From assembly GCA_964035575.1 (NCBI GenBank), contig OZ037833.1, positions 1,984,001 through 2,048,000 of the forward strand: a stretch of DNA of 64,000 nt, given 5' to 3'. The notes under the pieces were generated by a model. The model had not been told where the DNA came from. It worked only from the letters and a program-made list of their open reading frames with translations, and did not search any database. Both the position numbers and the translations under genes were made by a program. The DNA is from Rhynchopus sp. YZ270_cl-10. Its lineage: Eukaryota. This document shows, piece by piece, positions 23,640-36,300 of this stretch. Within the stretch, counting starts at the first letter, position 1; every line of letters begins with the position of its first letter.

Positions 23640-26242
23640 CAATTTTGTTGCTGGCACTGCTTAGACAGCGCAACAACCTAGGGTAGCAAAAAGACGCACA
23701 AAGGCTCTAAGTGGGAGAGGGGAAAGGGAGTTTGGGGGAATGTGGCTGGAAGTGGAGGGGGAGGGGAAAAGGGGGGGGGGGGGGGGGTGACTAAAGACAA
23801 ACTGTACTGTCCACTATGTCACCCTTAAAAGAAAGAAAATAATTTGACTTGAAATACAACAGCCCTTTCGTGACAGTGTACCTTTTTTTTGGTGCATGAC
23901 CAGGGTGCACCAGGGGGGGGTGGACACCCAACCATGCAGTCCTACATCCATTTCGAGGTTTACATCTGATATGCCCTACTCCCGCTTCCTCTCATCAGTC
24001 AGATGAACGGGATCATTAGAGACGCAGGTTAATTAAGTCTGCGTGATGCAGGGTCCGGTTGGGGTCCTCTTCCCGTTTTGCAGGGTGGGATAGGCTATAA
24101 TGGAGCACAATCCTTGAGTCGCTAATCCGGATAAAGAAAAAAAAAAAAGTGGTCATGGAAGCTGGGGGGAAAGGTTATGGGGTGGTCTGGTAAAGCGCCC
24201 GTACCGTATCGTAAACGGGGTGGGATCTTAACCGCTGTGGCCAGAAAATAATTTGACTTGAAAACACAAAGCCCTCTCGTGACAGTGTACATTTGGTGGT
24301 ACCCCAACCATGCGGTCGAGATTGACATCTGATAAAAAAAAGGTTTTTTGCAAGATGATCCTAAGCAGCACAGTGCCTAGTCATCCTTGAAAGAACGAAA
24401 CGTGGAGATCACAGATGAAATGACCGCACATTTTCTTCCCCAAAAGAAGGCTTGAAAGATAAATATTCCTGTACACACCCATCAAAAGGATGGAGTAGGG
24501 GGGCAGAATGTACCCTGAAATCGCAAAAAATAATAATAATTTTGTTTGATTTTCGACCACTATCGCACAGGTAGCAGCCCTAATCGCAAAACAAGAAAAA
24601 AAAGAAAGTATTTTTCGGTAAGATGAGACTAAGCTTCTTGCTTAGTCACCGGACAAAAAGAAAAGGAAGGGTCCGTTGGTGAGAGGTCCGCCCCAAGAAA
24701 GGGGCACCAGAATGCCCAAGAAACACAAACAGCGTTATAATGGAGCTGCAAATATTTAGGAGTATCTCTGGATTTATCCCTTTTTTTTGTTTTTTGGCAA
24801 TCGAGTACCCTTGTGGGAGGGCTCAATTTTGTTTCGTTTTTTCTTTTCTTTCTTGAAAACTTTTTTACCATTCCTTTTTAGGAACGGAGCATGTACGGTC
24901 CTGGAAGCTCCAAGAAAAATGGAGTCGGCGGGCTAAAGAGGAAGTTGCCTTCCTAAACGTGCACACACACACACACACACACAACTGGCAAAAGGGGAGG
25001 TGTCGTTACTCACCTATATCATCATAGAAATAACATTGTTTTACCAATGGTAAACTCCAATACTGCTGCCCTGTTTTCTTTTATATTATCTGATGGTGAG
25101 CAAAACAGAGGCCGCCGCCTTATTCCAGAAAAAATAATATTTCTGTCCCGGTGGCTAATTGCTGAGACTGTACAGATTTTTTTTTTTGTATTTTTTTTGA
25201 CTCAAAGGTCCTCAATAATGTTCGATCCTTCATATGGGTTCGTGGACAAACCCATATTTCCTTTTCGTTTCTAAAAAAAAAAATGCAATATCTTTTTCCT
25301 CGACCCTAGGTCCTTCAAAAATGAAAATAAAACAAAACCCTATCCCAAGACACCAACACCACAGGCCAACACAACACACGGGGACGAACAAAATCCTCTG
25401 GGAAATTTGGTTGGATTTTTTTTTTTGGGGTGATCTGGGGTCTTTTTTTTCAAGATTATTCACTAGCCATTCACAAAAATTCACAAAAATTCACAAATAT
25501 TCACAAAAACCTACACACCCGCGTATCACGTGTTTTTCCGCCTCGTTGTGAATTTTTGTGAATTTTTGTGATTTTTCATAGGGTGAAAACGATCGTTTTT
25601 TTTTTTTTTTTTTTTTTTACGAATCTGGGAAAAAGTGATCGGTCTTTTTTTTTTTTTTTTTTTTTCACGATCGTGAAGAAAAAAAAACGATCGTTTTTTT
25701 TTTTTTTTTTCTTCACGATCGTGAAAAAAAAGCACCTTTTTCTTCACGATCGTGAAGGAAAAAAAAAACGATCGTTTTTTTTTTCCCATATTATGTCGTT
25801 GATCGCTGGCCCACACCAGGGAGGGAACCCCCACAGGTGCCCACAACCCCCCTGAAATCGGCCGAGAGTAACTTTTAGCGGTGTTTTGACGTAAAATGTC
25901 ACCTTTTTTGCCATTTTTGAGGTGTACTTTTCTGGAACAAAATTCGCAAAACCCGAAATACGAATCGTAAAAAATCGCGACATTCTATGACATGCGTATA
26001 CCATGAAGCAGCACGTCACGGCATGGCATGTAACATGCACATGTAATATCGCCAAAAACCTAGTCGTGGTAACATCATCGCTGTGCAAACCCCTGTCCAT
26101 CCAATACAATTCACACTCTTTGTGGGTGGTCTTGTTGCCTTTTTGTCACAGTAATTTTTGGCACAGGCATGCTCTTGAAGCATGGCATAATATCTATCCA
26201 ATCACGAGTGGTTGTATGTGTATCGTGAGACACTCTTTTTAA

Positions 26243-26366
26243 CCCTTTACGGACCAAGAGGACATTTTTGCCCATTGTGGCGGGGGATGCGGCGTTCAAC
26301 ACCAGGCCAAGTTGGCCAAAAGCCCCAACTTTTGTACTGTCCAACCTCTGTACAATTACGGTATAT
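26243..26366. mobile_element. Orphan piggyBac-like end nested in the composite element
   Basis: TTAA|CCCTTTACGGACC is identical to the start at 16162. Bases 26280-26366 are inverted-homologous to about 16525-16635. No partner end found. Confidence 0.65.
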
Positions 26367-27080
26367 TTCGTTGGCTGGTGGTCTGAAGAGTGATCTGACC
26401 ATATTCTCCAGGTATAACAAATGCCCAAATGCATTGGCGAAGGAATTTTGCACTTTTGACCATCACACATTACTTGTATTTTTACCGGTTTTTTAATGAG
26501 TACAACCTATGTCAGAGCACGCTGTCCCACAGATTTTAGAATTTGGGGGGGTCACGCAAGGATGATGCGCCTATATATATTTTTTTTTTTGGTATTTTTT
26601 GAGCTGAGATTTTCAAAAAATACCAAGGTCAACTGCTGTAATGCTCATTGTCTAGAACACAGGGCTATTTCTAAATATGGGGTCCGGAGTCCAAAATCCA
26701 ATCCGGGACACAATTTTGGCAGATTTATTTTGGGCCAAAAACGTCTTTATTTACATTTTTGGGATTCGCCCGTGCAGTGGTGGGGTCAATCTCGAAAATT
26801 GGATTTGTGTTGGATTTTTTGACCACTTAAATTTTGGGAAATACGAGCCCGGTCACTTATACGTGGGCCCATTTTCGGCTAAAATTTTCCTCAAAATCCG
26901 GGTTTGTAAAATTGACCCTTCTGTGAAGGAAAGTTGTGGAAAAGGGTCCTTATTTGCATTTTTGGAAGCCGCCCGTGCAGTGGTGGGGTCAATTTGCAGA
27001 ATTGGGCAAGTTCTTGCAAGACAACGGGTCATGTTTGTTAGATCTAAGGAGGGAAGGGGAGCGTTTGTAGCTCACACAGC

Positions 27081-27310
27081 ATGGCCTCTCTGTCCACAGC
27101 ACACAGCTCTTCCCTGAGTTCCATTTGTGCCTCAACATGCTGAACGCATCTTCAGTACGACGGGTGGACGAGCGAGAAGAGGCGCAACTGGCTAGTTGCA
27201 CTAAAGCTGCACAAGCTTGTGGTCGTAGCACGCAGTTTGCGCGAGAGCAAGCCGCCACAAGAGAATGGTTGGTGGGATGAGGAGAAGCTGGTGCAGGAGG
27301 AGAAGGAGCG
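27081..27310 (+). pseudogene. Degenerate hAT transposase C-terminal dimerisation-domain fragment
   Basis: With compensating frameshifts it reads LSSICASTC/ERIFST/GWTSEKRRNWLVALKLHKLVVVARSL, resembling the hAT S..ERxFS..KRNRL..KL.KLV motif. The segment is a GC-rich coding-like island. Confidence 0.6.
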
Positions 27311-28729
27311 TGCGGGAGCTATATTGACTGCGACGCGACAGCTGAGGACCCCAAGGTTGATGATGATGCTGAGCATCATGACTCTGACATCAGTGAAGGC
27401 TCTTGGGACTAAACGCATACAGTCTTGTCCGTACCCATTTCTCCCACACAAGTCACCACCCCCTTGTGACTTGCCTGTAACAGTGGAAACGTTTCCCTCC
27501 CAGCCGCAAACCCGTTCAGTGTATCGTGAGCCACTGCAGTGACCCACTCACGCTCGACCCTGTCCCTCCTTGTAAACAGTTCGCCTTCTCCTACGTTGTG
27601 CTGAGGAAAACCAAAAAAACATGCTCAAAAATGATGTGGGCATGGTATCAGACTCCACTTCTGACCACCTAAAATTAGGTCATACACGTGTTATACCCCA
27701 AACTGACCAAGAAATTTTCCCAGTGTTCGATGGTGATCGAATTAAATCGGTGGTAAAAAGTGAAAAATGGGGCATGCCAGGCCCACGTCAATCAGCCTAA
27801 AAATGTTGCAACTTTAAACGCGCATCTCTCCCGTACACCAATACACACTTTTTAACACATACAGTACAGCAAGGGAAAACCAAGGGATTTTACCCTGTGT
27901 TCTCCTTGTTACTGGCTGCACTAACCTAATCATCAAAACTGCTCGATTTTGGCTTTATCTAAAAGATCGACATCAATTCTTACGAAATATAATTTATTTT
28001 ACGATTTTGAGTAGAATTCTGTTTGCAGGCGAAGTCACGAGGCAGGGGGTGATTTTGGGGGTGAGCGCCAAAAAAAGTCGTTTTCCTAGGGTTGACCCAC
28101 CTCCCTCCAGCATCCAACGATATGACATTTTCACGAAAGTTGTCGATTCTTGCCTTATTCTTGTCACACAGAAAAAAAAAAAATGTTTTTACGAAAATGA
28201 GTAGAACCCCATTACCCCTACCAACGTGTGGCATTCGTGCGCCACTATAGTGGCACTTGCTATGGGTAAAAACGGTTTTCTGGTTTTAGTGCCTCGCTGG
28301 CGACATCCGTTGGGGGGGATTCTGGTGTGAGAATGTTCTCGATTTTTGCTTTATTTGAAAGATTCGCCACAAAATCGTTTCAAGGAAAAGAGTCGGTCAA
28401 AAAAGTCCAAGTAGAACCCAGAAACTCTCCCTTGCCACCCATTTCACGCCCATGCCCCTTGTACTACTAGGGGAAAAAAAAAAAACGATCGTGAAAAAAA
28501 AAAAAAAAATGTCAAGATCTTGAAAAAAAGTTCAAGATCTTGAAAAAAACCGTCACGATCGTTCTCACACTATGATTTTTTGTGGTTTTTTTTGGTTTTT
28601 GGTGTGGTGCATAACCGATTACCCGTGTTTCTACCAGTTTAAACGACGGCATTTGCATTTCCGGAATCCGCCCGGCCAGTGGTGGGGTCAATTTGCCGAA
28701 ATGGACAAGTTCTCGTTTTTGGTCAATTT

Positions 28730-29272
28730 CACAGTATACACAGTATACACAGTATACACAGTATACACAGTATACACAGTATACACAGTATACACAGTAT
28801 ACACAGTATACACAGTATACACAGTATACACAGTATACACAGTATACACAGTATACACAGTATACACAGTATACACAGTATACACAGTATACACAGTATA
28901 CACAGTATACACAGTATACACAGTATACACAGTATACACAGTATACACAGTATACACAGTATACACAGTATACACAGTATACACAGTATACACAGTATAC
29001 ACAGTATACACAGTATACACAGTATACACAGTATACACAGTATACACAGTATACACAGTATACACAGTATACACAGTATACACAGTATACACAGTATACA
29101 CAGTATACACAGTATACACAGTATACACAGTATACACAGTATACACAGTATACACAGTATACACAGTATACACAGTATACACAGTATACACAGTATACAC
29201 AGTATACACAGTATACACAGTATACACAGTATACACAGTATACACAGTATACACAGTATACACAGTATACAC
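28730..29272. repeat. Perfect 9-bp tandem array (CACAGTATA) x ~60
   Basis: Directly visible, with no variant units seen. Confidence 0.98.
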
Positions 29273-29283
29273 GGGGGATTGGG

Positions 29284-29613
29284 AGTACAGTACAGTACAG
29301 TACAGTACAGTACAGTACAGTACAGTACAGTACAGTACAGTACAGTACAGTACAGTACAGTACAGTACAGTACAGTACAGTACAGTACAGTACAGTACAG
29401 TACAGTACAGTACAGTACAGTACAGTACAGTACAGTACAGTACAGTACAGTACAGTACAGTACAGTACAGTACAGTACAGTACAGTACAGTACAGTACAG
29501 TACAGTACAGTACAGTACAGTACAGTACAGTACAGTACAGTACAGTACAGTACAGTACAGTACAGTACAGTACAGTACAGTACAGTACAGTACAGTACAG
29601 TACAGTACAGTAC
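29284..29613. repeat. Perfect 5-bp tandem array (AGTAC) x ~66
   Basis: Directly visible, separated from the 9-mer array by GGGGGATTGGG. Confidence 0.98.
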
Positions 29614-30098
29614 TGCAAACCCAAAAAAATCACAAAACCTGCACTAGCGATTCACATAAATTCACAAAAGTTCACAAAAATTCACAAAAATTCACAAAAA
29701 TTCACAAAAATTCACATAAATTCACAACACCTGCACAAAACCTTCACATAAATTCACAAAAATTCACAAAAAATCACAAAACCTGCACTAGCGATTCACA
29801 AAAATTCACAAAAATTCACAAAAATTCACATTCATTCACAAAAGATCCCACACATGGTGTACCACGTGTGTTTTCGCCTCGTTGTGAATTTTTGTGAATG
29901 GCTGGTGAATAATCTGGAAAAAAAAGTCCCCAGATCACCCCATTTTTTATATCCGACCTTTTTTTTTTTTTTCCTTTCAAAAAATCACACCTGGCCCTAA
30001 AGGAAAGGAAGAACCAACGTTTAAAAAGAAAATGAGAGCAAGAAACGTGGGTTGTGTCAAAGGTACGATGCACTTTAAAAAAAAAATCACCATACACA

Positions 30099-30207
30099 CA
30101 CGGTGGCCTGAACGGACCCTTAGGGTACGGTCCGCGGGGTACCCCCCAAATCTGAGGGGTACCACCCCGCGGACCCTACCCCTCAAAGGGCCCGACAGGC
30201 CACCGTG
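30099..30207. mobile_element. GC-rich palindromic MITE with CACGGTGGCCTG TIR
   Basis: Perfect 12-bp TIR, plus internal inverted GGTCCGCGGGGT/ACCCCGCGGACC. No clear TSD. Confidence 0.7.
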
Positions 30208-32379
30208 CTGGGAAACCGCAAATAGAATAGAGGATAACTTGAAATGATGGAGTGTGGCACACAGGGCACCATTGCAGCCAGAACCCAGTGTGAATGAAAA
30301 TTATCATAAAATTAAAACCATGCAGAGAGTCACCAAACACCGCACAGAGAATAGTTGGGTTAATTAGCTGAAGTACGAAAAGCAAAACGTACCACTACCG
30401 AAGGTGAGAGGGGGAGGAGGTCACAAAAATGCTCGCCGCTTGTTTCAAAGAAAAACAAAACAAAAAAAAAAAAAAAAGGATACTTTTCATATACTTTCCA
30501 TCCAAAGAAGAGAAAGCACGAAGAAAAGTTTGGTCAGCTAAACCTCAGTCTCAGCCTCGCATCACAAAAGGCTTTTATAGCCACCAAACCATCCCTTTTC
30601 ACCCTTTTTTTTTTCCATCAAAACTTTCGGCGTGTGGAAATTTTACCATTTTTTTTTTTTTGTGATCAACCCGAAAAAACACTCAAAATTAACCCACAAC
30701 GCTCAAAAGTAGTCTGCTGCGTGAATATACGAGAAGATAGACAACCCACAAAGGGGCGTCCATTCTGGCTACCACGAGTGTATCTACCGGGAAAAATAAA
30801 GAACCGTGCACGTTTTACTTACGCTAAAACAAGACGTATTGAAAGAAGAGACAGACAGACAGACAGACGAGAGGAGACAGACACAGAGGAGAAGGGCCCC
30901 TGGACCCATAAAAGATCTGCCTATTAGGCTGCGACAGAAAAAAAGGGGGGGGTAAAGAAAAAGGAGAAAGAAAAGAAAAAGCAAGAATTTGAAAGATGCA
31001 CGGGTCTCTTTTCATGTACAAAAAAAATTAGATTTTTTTTTTTTTGTTGAAAGAAAGATGGGGTTTGTCCATCGGCATCGTTCTCATTTTGCTGTTTTTT
31101 CAGGGAGGTTGTGGTAAGTATATAAAATATATAAAAAAAATACAAGAAAATAAAGCGAAGGGAGGAGAAATCCTTCAAATAAAGATGAAAATGTACGTGC
31201 CGTGCACATATCTATTGTTTTTTTTTTTTTTAATATTGTTGATGAGATGAACCAAGCCTTCTCAGTTCACCGAAGGGGGATGGGAACGATAAAAGTGTTC
31301 ACTTTCTCTGGGGTGTGAATGATTGAACACCAAAGGAAATAGGGAGAGGATATTTTTTTTTATGTTTGGCCTTTTATAATAGCACAGGATGGTTCTCTTC
31401 GTGACGAGGTTGGGTCTGTGGTCAAAAAAAAATTTTTTATAAGATTGCCCTAAGCCTCTTGCATAGTCATCTTGAAATATTTTCAAAAAAAAATCCCCCC
31501 AAGACTATGAGAGTAGTATAATGCCCTCAGTCTCTTCGGGAACAGAGAAAAAAATTGGCGGGGTAGAGAGAGAGAGAGAGAGACAGAGAAATAAAGGATA
31601 AAGAAAAAAGACTACGCATCAGAAAGAAAAAATATATAAAGAAAATGAACGGTGTTTTGTTTGTAAGAAGCCTGAGCCTCATAGTGCTTAGCCACCTTGA
31701 TCACAATATAAAAGAAAACTGAAAATAATATTTCCGCTGATGGGTTTGGATGGGGGGTAAAGTGGTGGCCGTATTACGATATTGTCTATCATAATACACT
31801 CAGTATTGTGATGTGTTTTTTTTATCTAATATGACAGACAAATTACCACAATACAGCCCACCACTAGGGGCGGGGGTCAGGCTTCGTTCAGAAGTTTTGC
31901 AAAATGGGGGGGCGACTACCTATTAATAGCCATAATCAATTTGCACATTGTTAAGAGGGAAAAATATGGGGTGGGGGTGAAGTGGAAAGGGTAAGGGGGT
32001 TTTAAACCCACCACCCTCCGGTTTCTTAAGTACTGCCGTTTAAAAAGCGTATTCTTTTTTATCCCATTTTTCTCGGTCAATCAATGGGAATAATTGTAAA
32101 CCCCCTCAGCCCACGTCTACTATTTACATAGTTTTACCGTAAATAGTGGGTGAAAACGTAAACGTAAATAGTAACTGAAAGTTGGTTGTTGGTAGTGGTG
32201 GAAGTTAATTGCATTCAGCTTACATGTAGGATTGTTTTTCCTCTCGGGGAATATCATTACAATCCCGCAAGCCTCTCTCCGCCTATACTGCAGAACACAC
32301 CAAAGCCCCGCACCCAACAAAATCTCCCAAAAAAAAAAAAATCCTAATTGCTTCGTAAATAGTACGTGAAACGCAAATA

Positions 32380-33399
32380 TGGTGTGGCTGAACCCAAAAA
32401 AAAGGGTATTATTCAGCAGTTTGTTAGCACTTTGTTAGCATGCATTTTTGGGGGGGTGGTGTATAAAAAATTTTTTCCCCACGGGTGTTGGAAAAAAAAA
32501 ATTTTTTTTTCCGTTGGTGAGGTTTTTAACGCCGGCATTTGCATTTCCGGAATCCGTCCGGCCAGTGGTGGGGTCAATTCGCCGAAATGGACAAGTTCTC
32601 GTTTTTGGTCAATTTCCGCAGTATACACAGTATACACAGTATACACAGTATACACAGTATACACAGTATACACAGTATACACAGTATACACAGTATACAC
32701 AGTATACACAGTATACACAGTATACACAGTATACACAGTATACACAGTATACACAGTATACACAGTATACACAGTATACACAGTATACACAGTATACACA
32801 GTATACACAGTATACACAGTATACACAGTATACACAGTATACACAGTATACACAGTATACACAGTATACACAGTATACACAGTATACACAGTATACACAG
32901 TATACACAGTATACACAGTATACACAGTATACACAGTATACACAGTATACACAGTATACACAGTATACACAGTATACACAGTATACACAGTATACACAGT
33001 ATACACAGTATACACAGTATACACAGTATACACAGTATACACAGTATACACAGTATACACAGTATACACAGTATACACAGTATACACAGTATACACAGTA
33101 TACACAGCATACACAGCATACTCAGGGGGGAAACTCACTTTGTGGGCGCCGCAGGCGCACGGTACGCGTTTTTCGTGATTTTTTCCAGCCCCGTTCTGTG
33201 CGTCTTTTGACTCAGCGAGTCGATTGCGTTCAACGGTGGGGTCACACATGGGTATGCAAGAGTGGAGGCGCGCCAACAGGGGGAGTGGAAAAACCAAGGT
33301 AAAAAAATGTTTTTATACACCACCCCTAAAAAAAGGGTATTATTTAGCAGTTTGTTAGCAGTTCTTTAGCAGTGAAATTTGCTGGTTTCAGCCACACCA
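32380..33399. mobile_element. Nested TGGTG...CACCA element with 5-bp TSD, carrying cargo module and satellite
   Basis: TIR TGGTGTGGCTGAA / TTCAGCCACACCA and TSD AAATA. Removing it restores the host motif (C)AAATAGTAA. An inner inverted pair GGGGTGGTGTATAAAAA lies at about 32453 and 33326. Confidence 0.85.
32619..33121. repeat. 9-bp tandem array (CAGTATACA) x ~56
   Basis: Same unit as 28730-29272. The last two units are CAGCATAC variants. Confidence 0.98.
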
Positions 33400-36300
33400 A
33401 AATAGTAATTGCAATGTAAATAGTAACTGGATGTAAATAGTAGACATGGGGGGTGGTTTACTTAAAAAACCCGGCAGACTCTTCCCCGTGTGGAAAGTGT
33501 TTATTGGTTTCTTGCATTTTTGTCAAAAAAAATGAACAAAAATAATATACCGTAACCGTACGGTAAATGAACAGAAGTGGGGGCGGTGAGGGGAATCAAT
33601 CGCATTGGAAAAAAAAAAAAATGGGTAGCAAAGAAAAGACGAAATAAATAAAGTGTGTACCCAAAGAAGGAAGCTTGTAAAATAGATAAATAGATAAATG
33701 GGCCGGGAAGGGTATAATAAGGAAAAATTGGATTTTTCAGATGTATAAAAAATGGTAGTTATTGATGCAGGCACTTCCGACTGACCCACGTACGATGTCA
33801 GTCCCTGATGAAGAACAAAAAAACACGAAAAACCAAAAAAAAACAGGGAGTTATCGGGGGAAGAAAATGAAAAATTTATAAAACGAACCTAAGCCTCTCT
33901 GTGCTCAGTCACTTTGGGAGAAAAAAAGTGAAGTTGATAGTGCAAAACGCCTCGGCGACGCAGAGCACCGACACTTGGGAGTTGCTGACAGGGAAACTGC
34001 AGGCACACAGTCATTTCCCCATCCTGATTGGGAAGGGGTGATAACATGATTAAGGATTCAAGAAAGACACGTGTCCTGGAACACAAAGGCATATACGCAA
34101 AAAAACGGTGTGGGACAAACGGGGGGAGAAAAGAAATAAATGTTCAAATGACACCCTGAGTGTACCTTTTTAGAGCACCTTATTGGCCCACACCAAACAA
34201 TAAAAAACTGTCTCTGCTAGCCAGCTGGCTTCACATATTACTCTGTTCCGGAGAGAGTCCCGAACGGCTGTCGGTGTGTGACTGGTTGGGAGGTGATGAT
34301 ACAGCGAGGAGTGAGACAACATTATTGGCTGTTTTGATGTCGGGACACAAAACATCCTTAAAGATGTAATGTGTTGCGCAACAAAGGAGGGAAAAAAATG
34401 GAAGTTGAAAAAAGAAGAGAAAAGAAAGAAAAAAAAAATCGAAAGACGGAGGAACTTGATACAAGAACTTTACCAACTTTCTTCACAGGAGTCGCTTGGA
34501 ACTCAGTTTCAAACGCAAAGGGGGGGAAAGGAGGGGGGATAATACAAAACTAAGGATGAAGTTGAAAAATAAGAAAAGAAAAAATAAAAATGGCGTTGTC
34601 GAGCAACCTCCGCCAACTTTTTACAGCTTTCAACAGATTATGGTAAACTGTTGTTAATATGTATGACACGGCGACCTTGTAAAGGGGGGGGATGGACCTA
34701 GAATTGTGCACCTATTATGCTAGAATACGTCAAAAATTGTGACATCAAATCGCACGTTTTTTTTATAGCCAAACCATGGCATAGGTAGGGTAGAGCTGTG
34801 GGCTACCGCTAAAAATTTATAGCTGCGCCGCAGGCGCACGAGACACTACTTTTTCTGAGAGGTGCGCAACATATTGAAAAAAAAGGCATGTTACGAACTC
34901 GCCGCGGACTTCCGTCTTCCTCCTCCGCACAGGGGGTGGTACCACTCCGAATGCAGAAAAATATTCCGCGAATCAGCGGCATCTACAAGGTATCTTCTTG
35001 TCTGCCACGGTGAAAGTAATAGTTCTACTGCGAAGTTGCAAGGCTGCAGAAATTAATGTGGAAGTCATGGCGCCTTTTTCGTCGACTCTTTTCCTCTTAT
35101 TTTCCTTCTTTGGCGCACCATAAAGACCAGTCGGTCTGTTAGACCAACATACACATATGAAACCGCGATGTGGTTGTAGCCTTGCAAGATAAAATTCAGG
35201 AAAAATTCAAAAAAATCCCACACCGCCTGAATTGTGTCATGTGGGGATGTTTTATATTGGTTGCTGTGGTTTATTTTATTTTATTTTTCTTCTCGTCAGG
35301 AGGGGCAAGGAGGGGCAGCAATTTGAGGGAAAGAACAGAAAACAAACTGTTGGAAAGAAAGAGAGAGTGAGAGAGAGAGAGCTGACTATGTCTCTCAGTT
35401 ATTGCTGAAGGACCTCCATTCCTTTATCTTTTTTTGTTGTTGTGTCGACAATCGCCTAAGAACCCACTAGGGGCTAATAGGGTCTGTACTCAATGTTAGC
35501 CGAAGCCTTTTATTTTCTTCTTTTTATTTGCGTAATTCAAATCTAGATAATCACGAGCACTCCGCCAATGATTAATTACCAAGGGGAAGAAAGCTGGGGG
35601 GAGGTTCGATTTCCCGGGTGAGAAAATGTTTGTTCCCCCCCTCCCATCACACCCCCCGCGTTTCGCCTCCACATTTTACAATGGAAACAATGATGCAAAA
35701 AAAGAACAAAAAAATACAACCCTTTGGAATAAAAGAAAAAAATGTGCGCACAATACTGCCCTCCCCCGCATTAGCAGTGAAAAAGCGCACACCTAAAAAA
35801 AAAAAAAAAAAAACAGTAGGAAAGAACGACAGTTTGATATTTTATGATTTGCAATCAACATTCCCCAGCGCTGAAGAAGGCTAGTCTTTACGAGAGGGGG
35901 GGACGGGGGTGGGGTGTGGGGGGTTGTTTTAAAGTAATTTGTCCATGTGTAGCATCCATTTCGGGGGGTATTAGGTTATGTTGATGAAAAGTCTAATCTT
36001 CATGTTTGTTTCCTTAAATTAAATACAGAAAACGGTAGTCTTTTTTTGTGAGTTGAAGAGGAATCTGCTTTGGCAAAGCAGAATAGTGTAGTTTTAGGGT
36101 TCCCACTTTTTCTCCAAAAAACTTTTTTTTTTGCTGGGAAGCCCAATTTCGAACCCCCAGTGTTGTCTCGTTTTCTGAATTTTATTCTGACAAAAACAAA
36201 AACAAAAACAAAACCGCTTACTTCACACAAGGTGGTACACCATGTGTTCCAATTATCCCTATTTCGTTGACTGCCGAGCAGTAGCGGGAGTAGGACATCT

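Larger units (their letters stand above)
25577..28574. mobile_element. Nested ~3-kb element with CATAG...CTATG ends, 6-bp TSD and CGATCG palindrome arrays (hAT-related)
   Basis: TIR CATAGGGTGAAAACGATCGT vs CATAGTGTGAGAACGATCGT (18/20). ATTTTT flanks both sides (low complexity). TCACGATCG/AAACGATCG units sit at both ends, and the element contains the hAT-like relic. Confidence 0.7.
25427..29941. mobile_element. 4.5-kb foldback/MULE-like composite element with ~60-bp TIRs and TCACAAAAAT subterminal arrays
   Basis: GGGGTGATCTGGGG..GATTATTCACTAGCCATTCACAAAAATTCAC (from 25427) is the near reverse complement of 29885-29941. The flanks are T-rich, so the TSD is not resolved. Confidence 0.8.
32110..33450. 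mobile_element. MITE (TIR CCCAYGTCTACTATTTACAT) hosting nested insertions
   Basis: 19/20 TIR, with internal GTAAATAGTA repeats on both sides of the nested element. Confidence 0.8.

Noticed and set aside
23920..24015. Hammerhead-like CUGAUGA-GAGG..CCUC-GAAA on the minus strand
   Set aside because: No stem I plus NUH cleavage site fits, and the homologue at ~36265 has CUGCCGA and lacks stem II. At best this is a degenerate relic.
25585..25790. Palindromic TTCACGATCGTGAA repeats resembling a CRISPR array
   Set aside because: The spacers are A/T homopolymers, there are no cas genes, and the context is eukaryotic. They are transposon subterminal repeats.
28512..29897. Long ORFs (YTV/QYT/HSI/QYSTV repeats) in several frames
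   Set aside because: They are translations of stop-free 9-mer and 5-mer satellites, not genes. The same applies to 32366-33302.
33775..33832. CTGATGA..GAAA after a hairpin on the plus strand (hammerhead or C-box)
   Set aside because: There is no stem II pairing, and the sister copy at ~6650 lacks CTGATGA.
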